Positions 1 through 7,756 of a DNA stretch of 44,010 nucleotides are shown piece by piece; within the stretch, counting starts at the first letter, position 1; every line of letters begins with the position of its first letter. This DNA comes from Candidatus Omnitrophica bacterium CG1_02_40_15. GTDB taxonomy: Bacteria > Omnitrophota > Gorgyraeia > Gorgyraeales > Gorgyraeaceae. Both the position numbers and the translations under genes were made by a program. Location of the stretch: NCBI GenBank assembly GCA_001871815.1, contig MNVP01000077.1, forward strand, positions 439 through 44,448, read 5' to 3'. The notes under the pieces are model-generated. The model was not told the DNA's origin. It made no database searches and saw nothing but the letters and a program-made list of their open reading frames with translations.

Positions 1-1314
1 TTAGAAGCTAACCTTTACATCAGCCATGACTGTTGATGCTGCGCTGTCATTTACATTAGAAAATGCATCACCTGGTAAAAAGAATCCTGCTGTTAAACCA
101 AGCTTTACATCTTCTGTGTAGTCATAACCCAATGAAAGATCGACTTCCTGTCCTAAAGTTTTCTTATCTGTCATTATTATTGTGCCATTCATGGTAGACA
201 GATTTGTAAGCTTCTCAGCTAACGCAAAGTTGTAATAATCAACTGCTACTGTCAGATCCTGTATAGGATTAATTGACGCATTCGCAGTGATTATCTCGGA
301 GTTAGAATCGCCGCCTTCATTATTATCATTAAAAATCTGGTTGGCAACGATGCCGTGCGTCTGATCTTCGTACATAGTGTTCCATGCTTTATAGTCGCCC
401 GTATTACCAGCTTTGTCACCTGAACGATAAACATATCCTACGCCTACTTTTGGCGACCACTTGTAATCAATCGCATATGATGCTGCTGCATCAGCTGCCC
501 AAGCAGACCTGTCTTGTGTAGCACTAAAAGTTCCTCTCTGCGCTGCAAATTCTCCATTTAATACTAACTTGGAAATAGGCTCTAAACTGCCTCTTACGCC
601 ATATACATCAGTTGTAATTGACTTTGTTGTAGCTGATCTGGCGCGGTTTGAAACTATATAAGCTTCTGCTTCTGAATTATACTTGTCAAACTTATACGCT
701 GCATTGACTCCATACAAGTTTGTGTCGTTATTGGTGTTCCCGCTTCCAATAGTGCCGGGATTAATCACTGCCATAAAAAGATCTACCACTAAAGGATTGT
801 AATCCAACGTTGCTCTTACTGCATCGAAAGATTTTCTTGCAGAAAGATCTTGTGCTGTAATTGTTCCGCTAGCTGCAGATATCGCACTAGTATCATTGGT
901 ATCAGGATCTCCGACAACTAAACCACTGCCAAGCCTGATATTCTGCCTACCAATGGTCATTGTAAGAGGCGCGTAAAACATTTCTTTTAGCTTTACATAT
1001 GCGAGATCAAGGTCTATGTCTGTAGTAGCATTAGTTTCGACATTCCAATCTCTTTCATTTAAAAGCCTTACGCTGGTAGACACGTTGTCAGTAAGATCCG
1101 CATCAACCTGAACCCTGGTTGTTGACATAAACCATTTATCGGTATCATCACTACCGTTACCAGCGATGCCGCTACCAAGATTATAGTTGTCCCTCGTAAT
1201 CATCTTTGAATCAATATCACCGCTGACCTTTACGTTCTGGACTTCTGCGAACGCTGGGACAGCAATGAGAGCTACTATTGCTAGTATACTCATTAATTTT
1301 AAGAATCTACTCAT
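1..1314 (-). CDS. Outer-membrane beta-barrel porin-like protein
   Basis: 437-aa ORF, ATG at 1314, TAA at 1-3. Signal peptide MSRFLKLMSILAIVALIAVPAFA/EV. G/N/D/T/Y-rich alternating composition. C-terminus ...MADVKVSF ends in Phe, as in BAM-assembled OMPs. Family inferred from composition only. Confidence 0.6.
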   Translation of the reverse strand: MSRFLKLMSILAIVALIAVPAFAEVQNVKVSGDIDSKMITRDNYNLGSGIAGNGSDDTDKWFMSTTRVQVDADLTDNVSTSVRLLNERDWNVETNATTDIDLDLAYVKLKEMFYAPLTMTIGRQNIRLGSGLVVGDPDTNDTSAISAASGTITAQDLSARKSFDAVRATLDYNPLVVDLFMAVINPGTIGSGNTNNDTNLYGVNAAYKFDKYNSEAEAYIVSNRARSATTKSITTDVYGVRGSLEPISKLVLNGEFAAQRGTFSATQDRSAWAADAAASYAIDYKWSPKVGVGYVYRSGDKAGNTGDYKAWNTMYEDQTHGIVANQIFNDNNEGGDSNSEIITANASINPIQDLTVAVDYYNFALAEKLTNLSTMNGTIIMTDKKTLGQEVDLSLGYDYTEDVKLGLTAGFFLPGDAFSNVNDSAASTVMADVKVSF

Positions 1315-1339
1315 TTACTTTTCCTCCTTGGGAAATTTT

Positions 1340-1368
1340 GTACGGGACGATCACTGATCGTCCCCTAC
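1340..1368. repeat. REP-like GTAGGG..CCCTAC palindrome, copy 1 (porin 5' leader)
   Basis: gtacgggacgatca-c-tgatcgtcccctac: 14-nt arms with one mismatch. Head and tail shared with 11 further copies in the window. Confidence 0.8.
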
Positions 1369-1537
1369 GCTATATTCTAACTAGGTTTTACCTAAATAAT
1401 TACTTTTCTCTATAGATATATCGCTATATTATTTTGGCTGCTTCTGCTTTAAAGTTTCACCCCCATTCTTCGCACAGATTAAAGCTGCCTATAGCGGTAT
1501 ACGCTTACTTGTAAACGCTTTCCCTTATTAATGAAAA

Positions 1538-1566
1538 AGTATACCTTATATATATTATGTTGTCAA
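1538..1566 (-). promoter_or_regulatory. Sigma-70-type promoter candidate for porin gene
   Basis: Minus strand reads TTGACA (1566-1561), 17-nt spacer, TATACT (1543-1538). About 220 nt upstream of ATG 1314. Confidence 0.5.
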
Positions 1567-1569
1567 GTA

Positions 1570-1611
1570 TTTTCGTGCCAGGAACACCATGCTTTGTGCC
1601 TGGCACGAAAA
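1570..1611. other. 13-bp-stem hairpin between lipoprotein gene and porin promoter
   Basis: ttttcgtgccagg (1570-1582) pairs perfectly with cctggcacgaaaa (1599-1611). No U-tract follows the stem on the minus strand, so it is not a canonical intrinsic terminator. Confidence 0.5.
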
Positions 1612-1618
1612 TCAACCA

Positions 1619-2098
1619 CTACTTATACTCTTTTGAGCTCATTTTTTCAGGCTTTATAGGCCTTGATTTAGGAGAAAGCGCCACTGTTACCATGCTTTTC
1701 CCGCCTTGCGGCTGTATAGTAATTATGCAGCTTTCTTCTGAATTTTCGTAGTTCAAAACTTTCCTGTCGTATTCTATGATATTCACCAGAGACCAGTTAA
1801 ATGACGCCATTTGCGCTTTGTAAAACTCCAGGACTTTCTCAGCGTTTTGGCCGCCGTAATATTTTAATAAGGCGACTCTCGATTTATCATTCTGAAACGC
1901 AAAAGATTCTTTGTCTAAAAGTTTAAATCCTGAAGGGACAGGGATGTCTTCAAATTTAAGTAGAGACGCAACAGAAAGCGATACCTTATTTTTTCCCGCA
2001 TTGCCAGCTGATTCGCTCTGAGGAAATGTAGCGCAGCCAGCAATTAAAACAAGTAACAAGAAACAAGGTACAAAAAACAAAGGCTTTAGACTATGCAT
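1619..2098 (-). CDS. Lipoprotein of unknown function
   Basis: 159 aa. Signal peptide with lipobox LIAG/C (Cys22). No recognisable catalytic motif. TAG stop at 1619-1621. Confidence 0.6.
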   Translation of the reverse strand: MHSLKPLFFVPCFLLLVLIAGCATFPQSESAGNAGKNKVSLSVASLLKFEDIPVPSGFKLLDKESFAFQNDKSRVALLKYYGGQNAEKVLEFYKAQMASFNWSLVNIIEYDRKVLNYENSEESCIITIQPQGGKSMVTVALSPKSRPIKPEKMSSKEYK

Positions 2099-2109
2099 AC
2101 AATCCTCCT

Positions 2110-2302
2110 AATATTGTTCGAGCGAGGCCAAAATATCTTCTCGACTTCGTTCGAAGAATATTTTGGCAGAGTCGAGAACCCTTCGACTTCGCTCAGGGCA
2201 GGCTTCTCGACTCAGCCCTTCGGGCATCGCTCGCCCCGTTCCAAACCTAAGTGGATACTCTTAAAAGATTCGCGTAAGTTTGAAACTGGGCTCGAAGAAT
2301 AT
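2110..2302. repeat. TCGAG-core dispersed intergenic repeat, locus A (multiple units)
   Basis: Contains aatattgttcgagcgaggcc, cttctcgacttcgttcgaagaatatt, gagtcgagaac, cttctcgactcag and gggctcgaagaatat. The same words, AATATT(G/C)TTCGAGCG and GTCGAGAA(G/C), recur at 3822, 17176, 25580 and 27333. Confidence 0.75.
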
Positions 2303-2325
2303 GTTACTACATTACTTTACCGGTG

Positions 2326-2973
2326 TCAAGCAAGACCAGCTGCTAATTCTTCAGAATTCTTAAAAACCTGCGCGATTTCCTTTTTATCAAGCCCTGCGCC
2401 GAGAAGGACTTTTTCTGCAAAGTCTTTTGTAATCAGGTTTTCAGGCGTATGCGAATCTGTATTTAAAACAAGCTTCGCTCCTGACATCCTGGCCATCTTA
2501 ACAACATGGCCGTTACTAAGCGAATGGCCTTTACGCGCTGTGATTTCAAGGTATATATTTTTACTTGCCGCAAGCTTTGCATCTTCAAGCGTAATCAAGC
2601 CCGGATGAGTAAGGATATTAATACCTGAAAGAAGCGATTCTTTATTTGTGCCTTTTATAACCGGCTCGACTATTGTTTCTCCATGCACCAGCACCAGCTT
2701 TATGCCGATTGAGCGGACAAACTTTACTGTGCTTTTTATCAGCTCAAGAGGCATGTGCGTAATCTCAACTCCTGGAATCGCTTTTATTTTCCAGTTTTTA
2801 TTTATATCCTTGCACGCGTTTATGATCCTGGGGATTACAAAATCGACATTGGAAGAATCCACATGATCAGTTATTCCTATAACTTTATAGCCTTTTTCCT
2901 GAGCCCTCCTGGCTAATTCAGTAGGCAACAATTCCCCATCGCTCAATAACGTATGTGTATGTAAGTCAATCAT
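2326..2973 (-). CDS. PHP-domain metal-dependent phosphoesterase
   Basis: MIDLHTHTLLSDGE... N-terminal HxH motif typical of PHP/histidinol-phosphatase-like hydrolases; further His/Asp motifs (ITDHVD, LVHGE, NTDSHTPE). ATG 2973 is preceded by GGGAGAG. An in-frame ATG at 2985 is an alternative start. TGA stop. Confidence 0.8.
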   Translation of the reverse strand: MIDLHTHTLLSDGELLPTELARRAQEKGYKVIGITDHVDSSNVDFVIPRIINACKDINKNWKIKAIPGVEITHMPLELIKSTVKFVRSIGIKLVLVHGETIVEPVIKGTNKESLLSGINILTHPGLITLEDAKLAASKNIYLEITARKGHSLSNGHVVKMARMSGAKLVLNTDSHTPENLITKDFAEKVLLGAGLDKKEIAQVFKNSEELAAGLA

Positions 2974-2985
2974 TTTCTCTCCCAT

Positions 2986-3030
2986 CCAACAACTTTACAT
3001 TTCAACAATGTTAAAGTGTCAAGTTGTTTT
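2986..3030. repeat. Imperfect palindrome family CAACTTTACA..AACAATGTTA, copy a
   Basis: ccaacaactttacatttcaaca-at-gttaaagtgtcaagttgtt. Shares CAACTTTACA(C/T)TT(T/C)AACAATGTTA with 9853-9893. Lies just upstream of the PHP start. Confidence 0.6.
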
Positions 3031-3038
3031 GACTTTAA

Positions 3039-3115
3039 TGGCGTCCCAGGGGCGATTCGAACGCCCGACCCCAGGTTTAGGAAACCTGTGCTCTATCCAT
3101 CTGAGCTACTGGGAC
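3039..3115 (-). tRNA. tRNA-Arg (anticodon CCU), CCA encoded
   Basis: Minus strand: GTCCCAG TA GCTC AGATGGATA GAGC A CAGGT TTCCTAA ACCTG GGGTC GGGCG TTCGAAT CGCCC CTGGGAC G CCA. All four stems are perfect Watson-Crick. T-loop TTCGAAT. 77 nt. Confidence 0.95.
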
Positions 3116-3251
3116 ATGTAAGCCGGTTTAGGACATCATCCCGTGAGCTAACGTCAGGATGATGCCGCGCCGAACAAACACTATTTATTTACAAACAACA
3201 TAAAATCTTCTATCCAAATCTATTACCAAACTATCGAATCAGTGGAGGCGC

Positions 3252-3286
3252 GAAACCTGTGCTCTATCCATCTGAGCTATAGGGAC
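3252..3286 (-). pseudogene. Degenerate duplicate of the tRNA-Arg 5' half (positions 1-34)
   Basis: GTCCCTATAGCTCAGATGGATAGAGCACAGGTTTC matches tRNA positions 1-34 with 2 mismatches. It starts 1 nt after the apt stop. No matching anticodon-stem 3' strand, T-arm or acceptor 3' strand follows. A second fragment, TCCTAAACCGG (about 3123-3133), lies just before the intact tRNA. Confidence 0.6.
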
Positions 3287-3287
3287 A

Positions 3288-3803
3288 TCAATATTGAATC
3301 ATGGAATAGACCGGGAAATCGCTTAATTTGGAACGGCCCTTTAAATCTTCTAATTCTATTATAAAGGCAAGCTCTATGATTTCGCCTTTTAGTTTTTTTA
3401 CAAGGCCTACTACTGCGCCAAGCGTCCCGCCTGTCGCAAGCAAATCATCTATCAATAAAACCCTCTCTCCCGGCTTTATCGCATCCTGATGTATCTCAAG
3501 CGTATCTTCTCCATATTCCAGGGAATAAGTTGCCCTATATGTCTTATGCGGAAGTTTTCCTTTTTTTCTAACAGGGACGAAACTAGCTCCTAACTTATAA
3601 GCCAGGGCTCCGCCAAAGATAAAACCGCGGGATTCCACGGCAAGGACTGCGTCTATTTTCTTGCCAGCATATCTTTTTGCCAGCGTATCAATGACCTCTC
3701 TGAATTTTTCTTTGTTGCCGATAAGCGTGGTAATATCCCGAAAGAGAATCCCTTTCTTCGGAAAATCCGGGATGTTGCGAATATATTTTTTTAAATCGCA
3801 CAT
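3288..3803 (-). CDS. apt: Adenine phosphoribosyltransferase
   Basis: 171 aa. IRNIPDFPKKGILFRDITTL and the PRPP-binding loop VLLIDDLLATGGT are textbook Apt motifs. TGA stop. Confidence 0.95.
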   Translation of the reverse strand: MCDLKKYIRNIPDFPKKGILFRDITTLIGNKEKFREVIDTLAKRYAGKKIDAVLAVESRGFIFGGALAYKLGASFVPVRKKGKLPHKTYRATYSLEYGEDTLEIHQDAIKPGERVLLIDDLLATGGTLGAVVGLVKKLKGEIIELAFIIELEDLKGRSKLSDFPVYSMIQY

Positions 3804-3821
3804 AATATCTCCCTATGTTAA

Positions 3822-3918
3822 CTTCTCGACTCTGCTCTCATGATATGCTTTCGTGATCGCTCGAAGAATATTGTTCGAGTGAACCATGCAAGCTCTAAGC
3901 CTGAGCCCAATCGAGAAC
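3822..3918. repeat. TCGAG-core dispersed intergenic repeat, locus B
   Basis: cttctcgactctgctctcatgatatgctttcgtgatcgctcgaagaatattgttcgagtg...caatcgagaac. Fills the sigma-apt spacer. Confidence 0.8.
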
Positions 3919-3926
3919 TGTTATTA

Positions 3927-4748
3927 TTAGTATTCTCCCATCTCGCCGGTTTGCTGCATTATAAACATCCGCAATTTTTCCAGCGCTACGCTTTCTATCT
4001 GCCTGACCCTTTCTCTTGTGATACCGAACACCTTTGCTGTTTCGCCTAAAGTACGAGTGGCGCCGTCGCTCAATCCAAACCTAAGATCCAAGATCTTTTT
4101 TTCGCGCTCATTCATGTGATCCAGCAATTGAACAATTCTTTCGCGGCGAAGGCTGTCAGTAATATTATCCGTGGGAGACAGGTTGGTATTATCCTCAATA
4201 AGGTCTATAAACTGCCCTGTGCTTTCGTCGCCGATAGGCGCATCAAGAGAAGATATCCTTGTAGCTGCTTCGCTTATCTCCCGTATCTTCCTCATAGGAA
4301 GTTTCATCAGCTTAGCGACTTCTTTTACCTTGGGCTTCCTGCCGTATTTCTGAGTCAACTGTTCAGTTATTCTTTTCCATCTGTTGATTATCTCTGTCAT
4401 ATAAACAGGTATCCTTATGGTCTTACCCTGGTTCGCAATGGCTCTTGTGATGTATTGTTTAATCCACCAAGCTGCGTAAGTAGAAAACCTGTAGCCTTTG
4501 TAAGGGTTATATTTCTTAACTGCCTTCATAAGGCCGAGATTCCCTTCCTCTATAAGGTCCATTATTGGGACGCCTAATTTCGCATACCTCTTGGCAATGC
4601 TCACCACAAGCCTCAGATTAGACTGTATCATTCTTTTCTGGGCGTGAACATTGCCAGCCCTTATCTTTTTCGCAAGGGATATCTCTTCGCCAGCGCTCAA
4701 AAGAGGCGTGTCTTTTATTGCTCTGAGGTATAATTTTATAGTGTCCAT
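3927..4748 (-). CDS. RNA polymerase sigma factor, sigma-70 family (RpoD/RpoS-like, no region 1.1)
   Basis: 273 aa. Region 2 EEGNLGLMKAVKKYNPYKGYRFSTYAAWWIKQYITRAI, region 3.0 TIRIPVYM, region 4.2 TLGETAKVFGITRERVRQIESVALEKLR. Confidence 0.88.
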   Translation of the reverse strand: MDTIKLYLRAIKDTPLLSAGEEISLAKKIRAGNVHAQKRMIQSNLRLVVSIAKRYAKLGVPIMDLIEEGNLGLMKAVKKYNPYKGYRFSTYAAWWIKQYITRAIANQGKTIRIPVYMTEIINRWKRITEQLTQKYGRKPKVKEVAKLMKLPMRKIREISEAATRISSLDAPIGDESTGQFIDLIEDNTNLSPTDNITDSLRRERIVQLLDHMNEREKKILDLRFGLSDGATRTLGETAKVFGITRERVRQIESVALEKLRMFIMQQTGEMGEY

Positions 4749-4773
4749 TTTTAAACCTGCTTATAGCAATGTC

Positions 4774-4832
4774 GGTTAAAGGTTTAAAGTGAAAGGTGTT
4801 TTCCTTAAACCTCACACCTTTAACCTTTCACC
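4774..4832. repeat. Heptamer-periodic hairpin, AGGT/ACCT type, copy a
   Basis: ggttaaa ggtttaa agtgaaa ggtgttt tccttaa acctcac accttta acctttc acc. The 17-mer ggtttaaagtgaaaggt recurs inverted at 36452-36468. Confidence 0.7.
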
Positions 4833-4846
4833 AACATCGCTGTTTT

Positions 4847-7567
4847 CTATTTTCTTACCGCCGCCTGAGCCGCCGCAAGCCTGGCAATCGGAACCCTGAA
4901 AGGCGAACAGCTTACATAGTTCATCCCAACCCTGTGGCAAAACTCGACTGATTTAGGCTCTCCGCCATGCTCTCCGCATATGCCTATCTTTAAATCTTTT
5001 CTGGTTTTTCTTCCGCGTTCAATAGCTATCTTTATAAGTTCTCCGACTCCATCCTGGTCAATTGTCTGGAATGGATCGACAGGCAGGATATTCTTCTCAA
5101 GATAATCCGTCAAGAATCCGCCCATGTCATCCCTTGAGAAACCAAAACTCATCTGCGTGAGGTCGTTAGTGCCGAAAGAAAAAAATTCAGCCTCTTCGGC
5201 AATGCGTCCAGCCATAAGAGCCGCCCTGGGGATTTCAATCATTGTGCCGAACATGTAAGGTATCTTCTTTACTTTATATTTGGCGACTACCTCTTCATAA
5301 ACCTGCTCTACGATTTTTCTCTGATTTACAAGTTCCGCTTTATCGCACACAACAGGGATCATTATCTCAGGATAAATCTTTTTGCCTGATTGGATGAGTT
5401 CGCACGCTGATTCAAGTATCGCGCGGACCTGCATCTCTGTCACTTCAGGATAAGTGACCCCAAGCCTGACTCCGCGATGCCCCATCATTGGATTTGATTC
5501 GCGTAAGTTCGCTGCCCTTTTCTCCAATTCCTCCATTGAGATATTCAGGCTCTCTGCAAGTTCTTTTAATTTTGATTCTTCGTGCGGCGCAAACTCATGA
5601 AGAGGCGGATCCAGGAGCCTTATGGTTACGGGATATCCGTCCATTGCCTCAAGGGTACCTTTTATGTCGCTCTTTACGTGCACAAATAGTTCAGCTAAAG
5701 CTGCCTTTCTTTCTTCCGCCGTTTTGGAAACTATCATCTTCCTTAATTTAAAAAGTGGCTCCTCTGAACCCTTGCCGTAAAACATATGTTCTGTCCTGAA
5801 AAGGCCTATGCCTTCTGCCCCGAACATGCGCGCCTTTTTCGCGTCGCTAGGCGTTTCAGCGTTGGTCCTGATTTTCAATTTTCTGACAGAGTCGCATATT
5901 TTAAGGAATTTATTAAACATCTCGTTTTCTTCCGTCGCATCCATCATCGGAAGTTTTCCTTCATACACATAGCCTTTTGTGCCGTTAAGCGTAACCCAGT
6001 CGCCTTCCTTGAAAGTTTTTCCTCCGGCGGAAAATTGTTTTGCCGCTGAATTGATTGTTATGCCGCCACATCCTACGATGCAGCATTTTCCCCAGCCGCG
6101 CGCTACAAGAGCTGCGTGAGATGTCATGCCCCCTCTCACTGTAAGTATCGCCTCAGAAGCCCTCATGCCTTCAACGTCTTCGGGATTTGTTTCTTCGCGG
6201 ATAAGGATCGTAGGTTTACTTTCCTTTTTCCACTTCACAGATTCTTCTGCCGTGAAAACTATCTGGCCGGCCGCGCCTCCGGGGCCCGCGGGCAAACCCT
6301 TGGCAACAGGCTTAACCAACTTCTCTGTCTTAGGGTCGATTATAGGATGCAATAATTCATCCAGCTGATCCGGAGTGACTCTCATGACAGCGATTTTCGC
6401 GTCTATAAGCTTTTCTTTCACCATATCCACTGCCATTCTTACAGCAGCAGGGCCGTTTCTTTTGCCTGAACGGCACTGAAGCATGTAAAGCTTTCCTTTT
6501 TCAATAGTGAATTCAATGTCCTGCATGTCTTTGTAATGTTTCTCCAGCCTCTCCCTTATATCGCAAATTTCCTTATAAATTACCGGCATGAATTTTTCGA
6601 GCGTTATAAGTTCTTTATTGTGCTCGCTCATTGAATATGAATTTATAGGGGCTGGCGTCCTGATGCCAGCCACAACGTCTTCGCCCTGAGCATTTACAAG
6701 GTACTCGCCGTAAAAACCATTTTCTCCATTGCCTGGATTTCTTGTAAACGCAACGCCTGTTGCAGAGTCATTGCCCATATTCCCGAAGACCATTGTCTGC
6801 ACATTCACGGCAGTGCCCCACTCATCCGGAATATTTTCAATCTTCCTGTAAGAAATAGCTCTTTTGCCGTTCCACGACGCAAATACAGCGCTTATCCCTC
6901 CCCAGAGCTGTTCGTAAGGATCGTCCGGAAACTCTTTCTTGAGCGCCTCTTTTATTTTTTTCTTAAACTCCGCGCAAAGCTTCTTCAAATCCTCAGCGCT
7001 CAGATCAGTGTCGCTCTTCGCGCCATTTTTATTTTTTACGCCGCTCATGATTTTTTCAAGCTGCTTGCGTATGCCCATGTCGCCTTCAGGCTCGATACCG
7101 GCTGCCTTTTCCATCACAACGTCGGAATACATCATTATGAGGCGCCTGTAAGCATCATAAACAAATCTCTCGTTTTTAGTCTGATTTATAAGGCCCTGGA
7201 TTGTTTTTTCAGTAAGGCCCACGTTTAAAACCGTTTCCATCATGCCAGGCATGGATTTGCGCGCGCCTGAACGGACAGAAACCAGAAGCGGGTTCTGGAC
7301 ATCGCCAAAACCTTTTTCCATCAGCTTCTCGACCTTTGCCAGATTCTTCTGAACATCTTCCTTGAGAATTTTTGGGTATTTGCCTTTATTCTCATAATAG
7401 TACGCGCAAACTTCTGTTGTTATCGTAAATCCAGGAGGTACAGGCAGCCTCAGATCCTTGTGCCCTGCCATTTCCGCTAAATTCGCGCCCTTGCCTCCTA
7501 AAAGATTTTTCATGCCTTCATTTCCGTCTGCTTTTCCGCCGCCAAAGAAGTAAACCATTTTGTTCAT
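4847..7567 (-). CDS. ppdK: Pyruvate, phosphate dikinase
   Basis: 906 aa. N-terminus VYFFGGGKADGNEGMKNLLGGKGANLAEM, phospho-His region GGMTSHAALVARGWGK, C-terminal PEP/pyruvate domain FFSFGTNDLTQ...CGEHGG. Confidence 0.97.
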   Translation of the reverse strand: MNKMVYFFGGGKADGNEGMKNLLGGKGANLAEMAGHKDLRLPVPPGFTITTEVCAYYYENKGKYPKILKEDVQKNLAKVEKLMEKGFGDVQNPLLVSVRSGARKSMPGMMETVLNVGLTEKTIQGLINQTKNERFVYDAYRRLIMMYSDVVMEKAAGIEPEGDMGIRKQLEKIMSGVKNKNGAKSDTDLSAEDLKKLCAEFKKKIKEALKKEFPDDPYEQLWGGISAVFASWNGKRAISYRKIENIPDEWGTAVNVQTMVFGNMGNDSATGVAFTRNPGNGENGFYGEYLVNAQGEDVVAGIRTPAPINSYSMSEHNKELITLEKFMPVIYKEICDIRERLEKHYKDMQDIEFTIEKGKLYMLQCRSGKRNGPAAVRMAVDMVKEKLIDAKIAVMRVTPDQLDELLHPIIDPKTEKLVKPVAKGLPAGPGGAAGQIVFTAEESVKWKKESKPTILIREETNPEDVEGMRASEAILTVRGGMTSHAALVARGWGKCCIVGCGGITINSAAKQFSAGGKTFKEGDWVTLNGTKGYVYEGKLPMMDATEENEMFNKFLKICDSVRKLKIRTNAETPSDAKKARMFGAEGIGLFRTEHMFYGKGSEEPLFKLRKMIVSKTAEERKAALAELFVHVKSDIKGTLEAMDGYPVTIRLLDPPLHEFAPHEESKLKELAESLNISMEELEKRAANLRESNPMMGHRGVRLGVTYPEVTEMQVRAILESACELIQSGKKIYPEIMIPVVCDKAELVNQRKIVEQVYEEVVAKYKVKKIPYMFGTMIEIPRAALMAGRIAEEAEFFSFGTNDLTQMSFGFSRDDMGGFLTDYLEKNILPVDPFQTIDQDGVGELIKIAIERGRKTRKDLKIGICGEHGGEPKSVEFCHRVGMNYVSCSPFRVPIARLAAAQAAVRK

Positions 7568-7589
7568 CTTTAAAAGACCCCTTTCTAGT

Positions 7590-7756
7590 ATCGCTGAACC
7601 ACGCGGGAGCAGTTGCTCGTTTCACTCGCAATTGACGCAGAACTACGCTGAAACTAAATTCTAACTTCCGCGTTTTTCCGCGCGTGCCCAGTACCCTTGT
7701 GGTACTGGGTCTGTTCCGAACAAAGTGAGGAACAGCTTCCGCGTAGTCCCGCGATT
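7590..7756. repeat. CGCGGAA decamer-periodic long hairpin element, copy a
   Basis: Forward strand: CGCTGAA-cca-CGCGGGA (7592-7608), CGCAGAA-cta-CGCTGAA (7636-7652), TTCCGCG-ttt-TTCCGCG (7666-7682), inner hairpins, then TTCCGCG-tag-TCCCGCG (7737-7753). Fills the glyS-ppdK spacer. Confidence 0.8.

Noticed and set aside
2093-2608. Plus-strand ORFs in the six-frame track that lie antisense to long minus-strand genes or inside repeats. Examples: 2093-2608, 4116-4577, 7819-8283, 9025-9540, 14291-14983, 16566-17063, 26174-26548, 34963-35361, 37226-37621 and 43054-43368.
   Set aside because: They are shadow frames of well-supported minus-strand genes. They have low-complexity S/L/F/I-rich translations, no recognisable motifs and no SD. 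Those at 2093 and 17226 start inside the TCGAG-core repeat (recurrent LILFERG artefact).
2986-3030. Reading the CAACTTTACA palindromes as sigma-70 promoters (TTGACA or TTTACA, 17-nt spacer, TGTAAA on the minus strand).
   Set aside because: The putative -10 element TGTAAA lacks the essential A2 and T6 positions. The dyad symmetry explains the apparent -35-like hexamer.
3116-3286. A second, intron-containing (group I) tRNA-Arg gene upstream of the intact tRNA.
   Set aside because: The intervening segment is only about 115 nt, too short for a group I intron. No T-arm or acceptor 3' strand follows the anticodon-like fragment. The 5' half cannot pair with anything downstream except the next gene's own sequence.
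4618-4815. Short same-strand ORFs overlapping real genes out of frame (4618-4815, 13587-13775, 27949-28185, 37635-37847).
   Set aside because: Each lies within or across a strongly supported CDS or a hairpin repeat. They have no SD and an Arg/Lys-rich nonsense composition. 27949-28185 is generated by the two REP-like palindromes.
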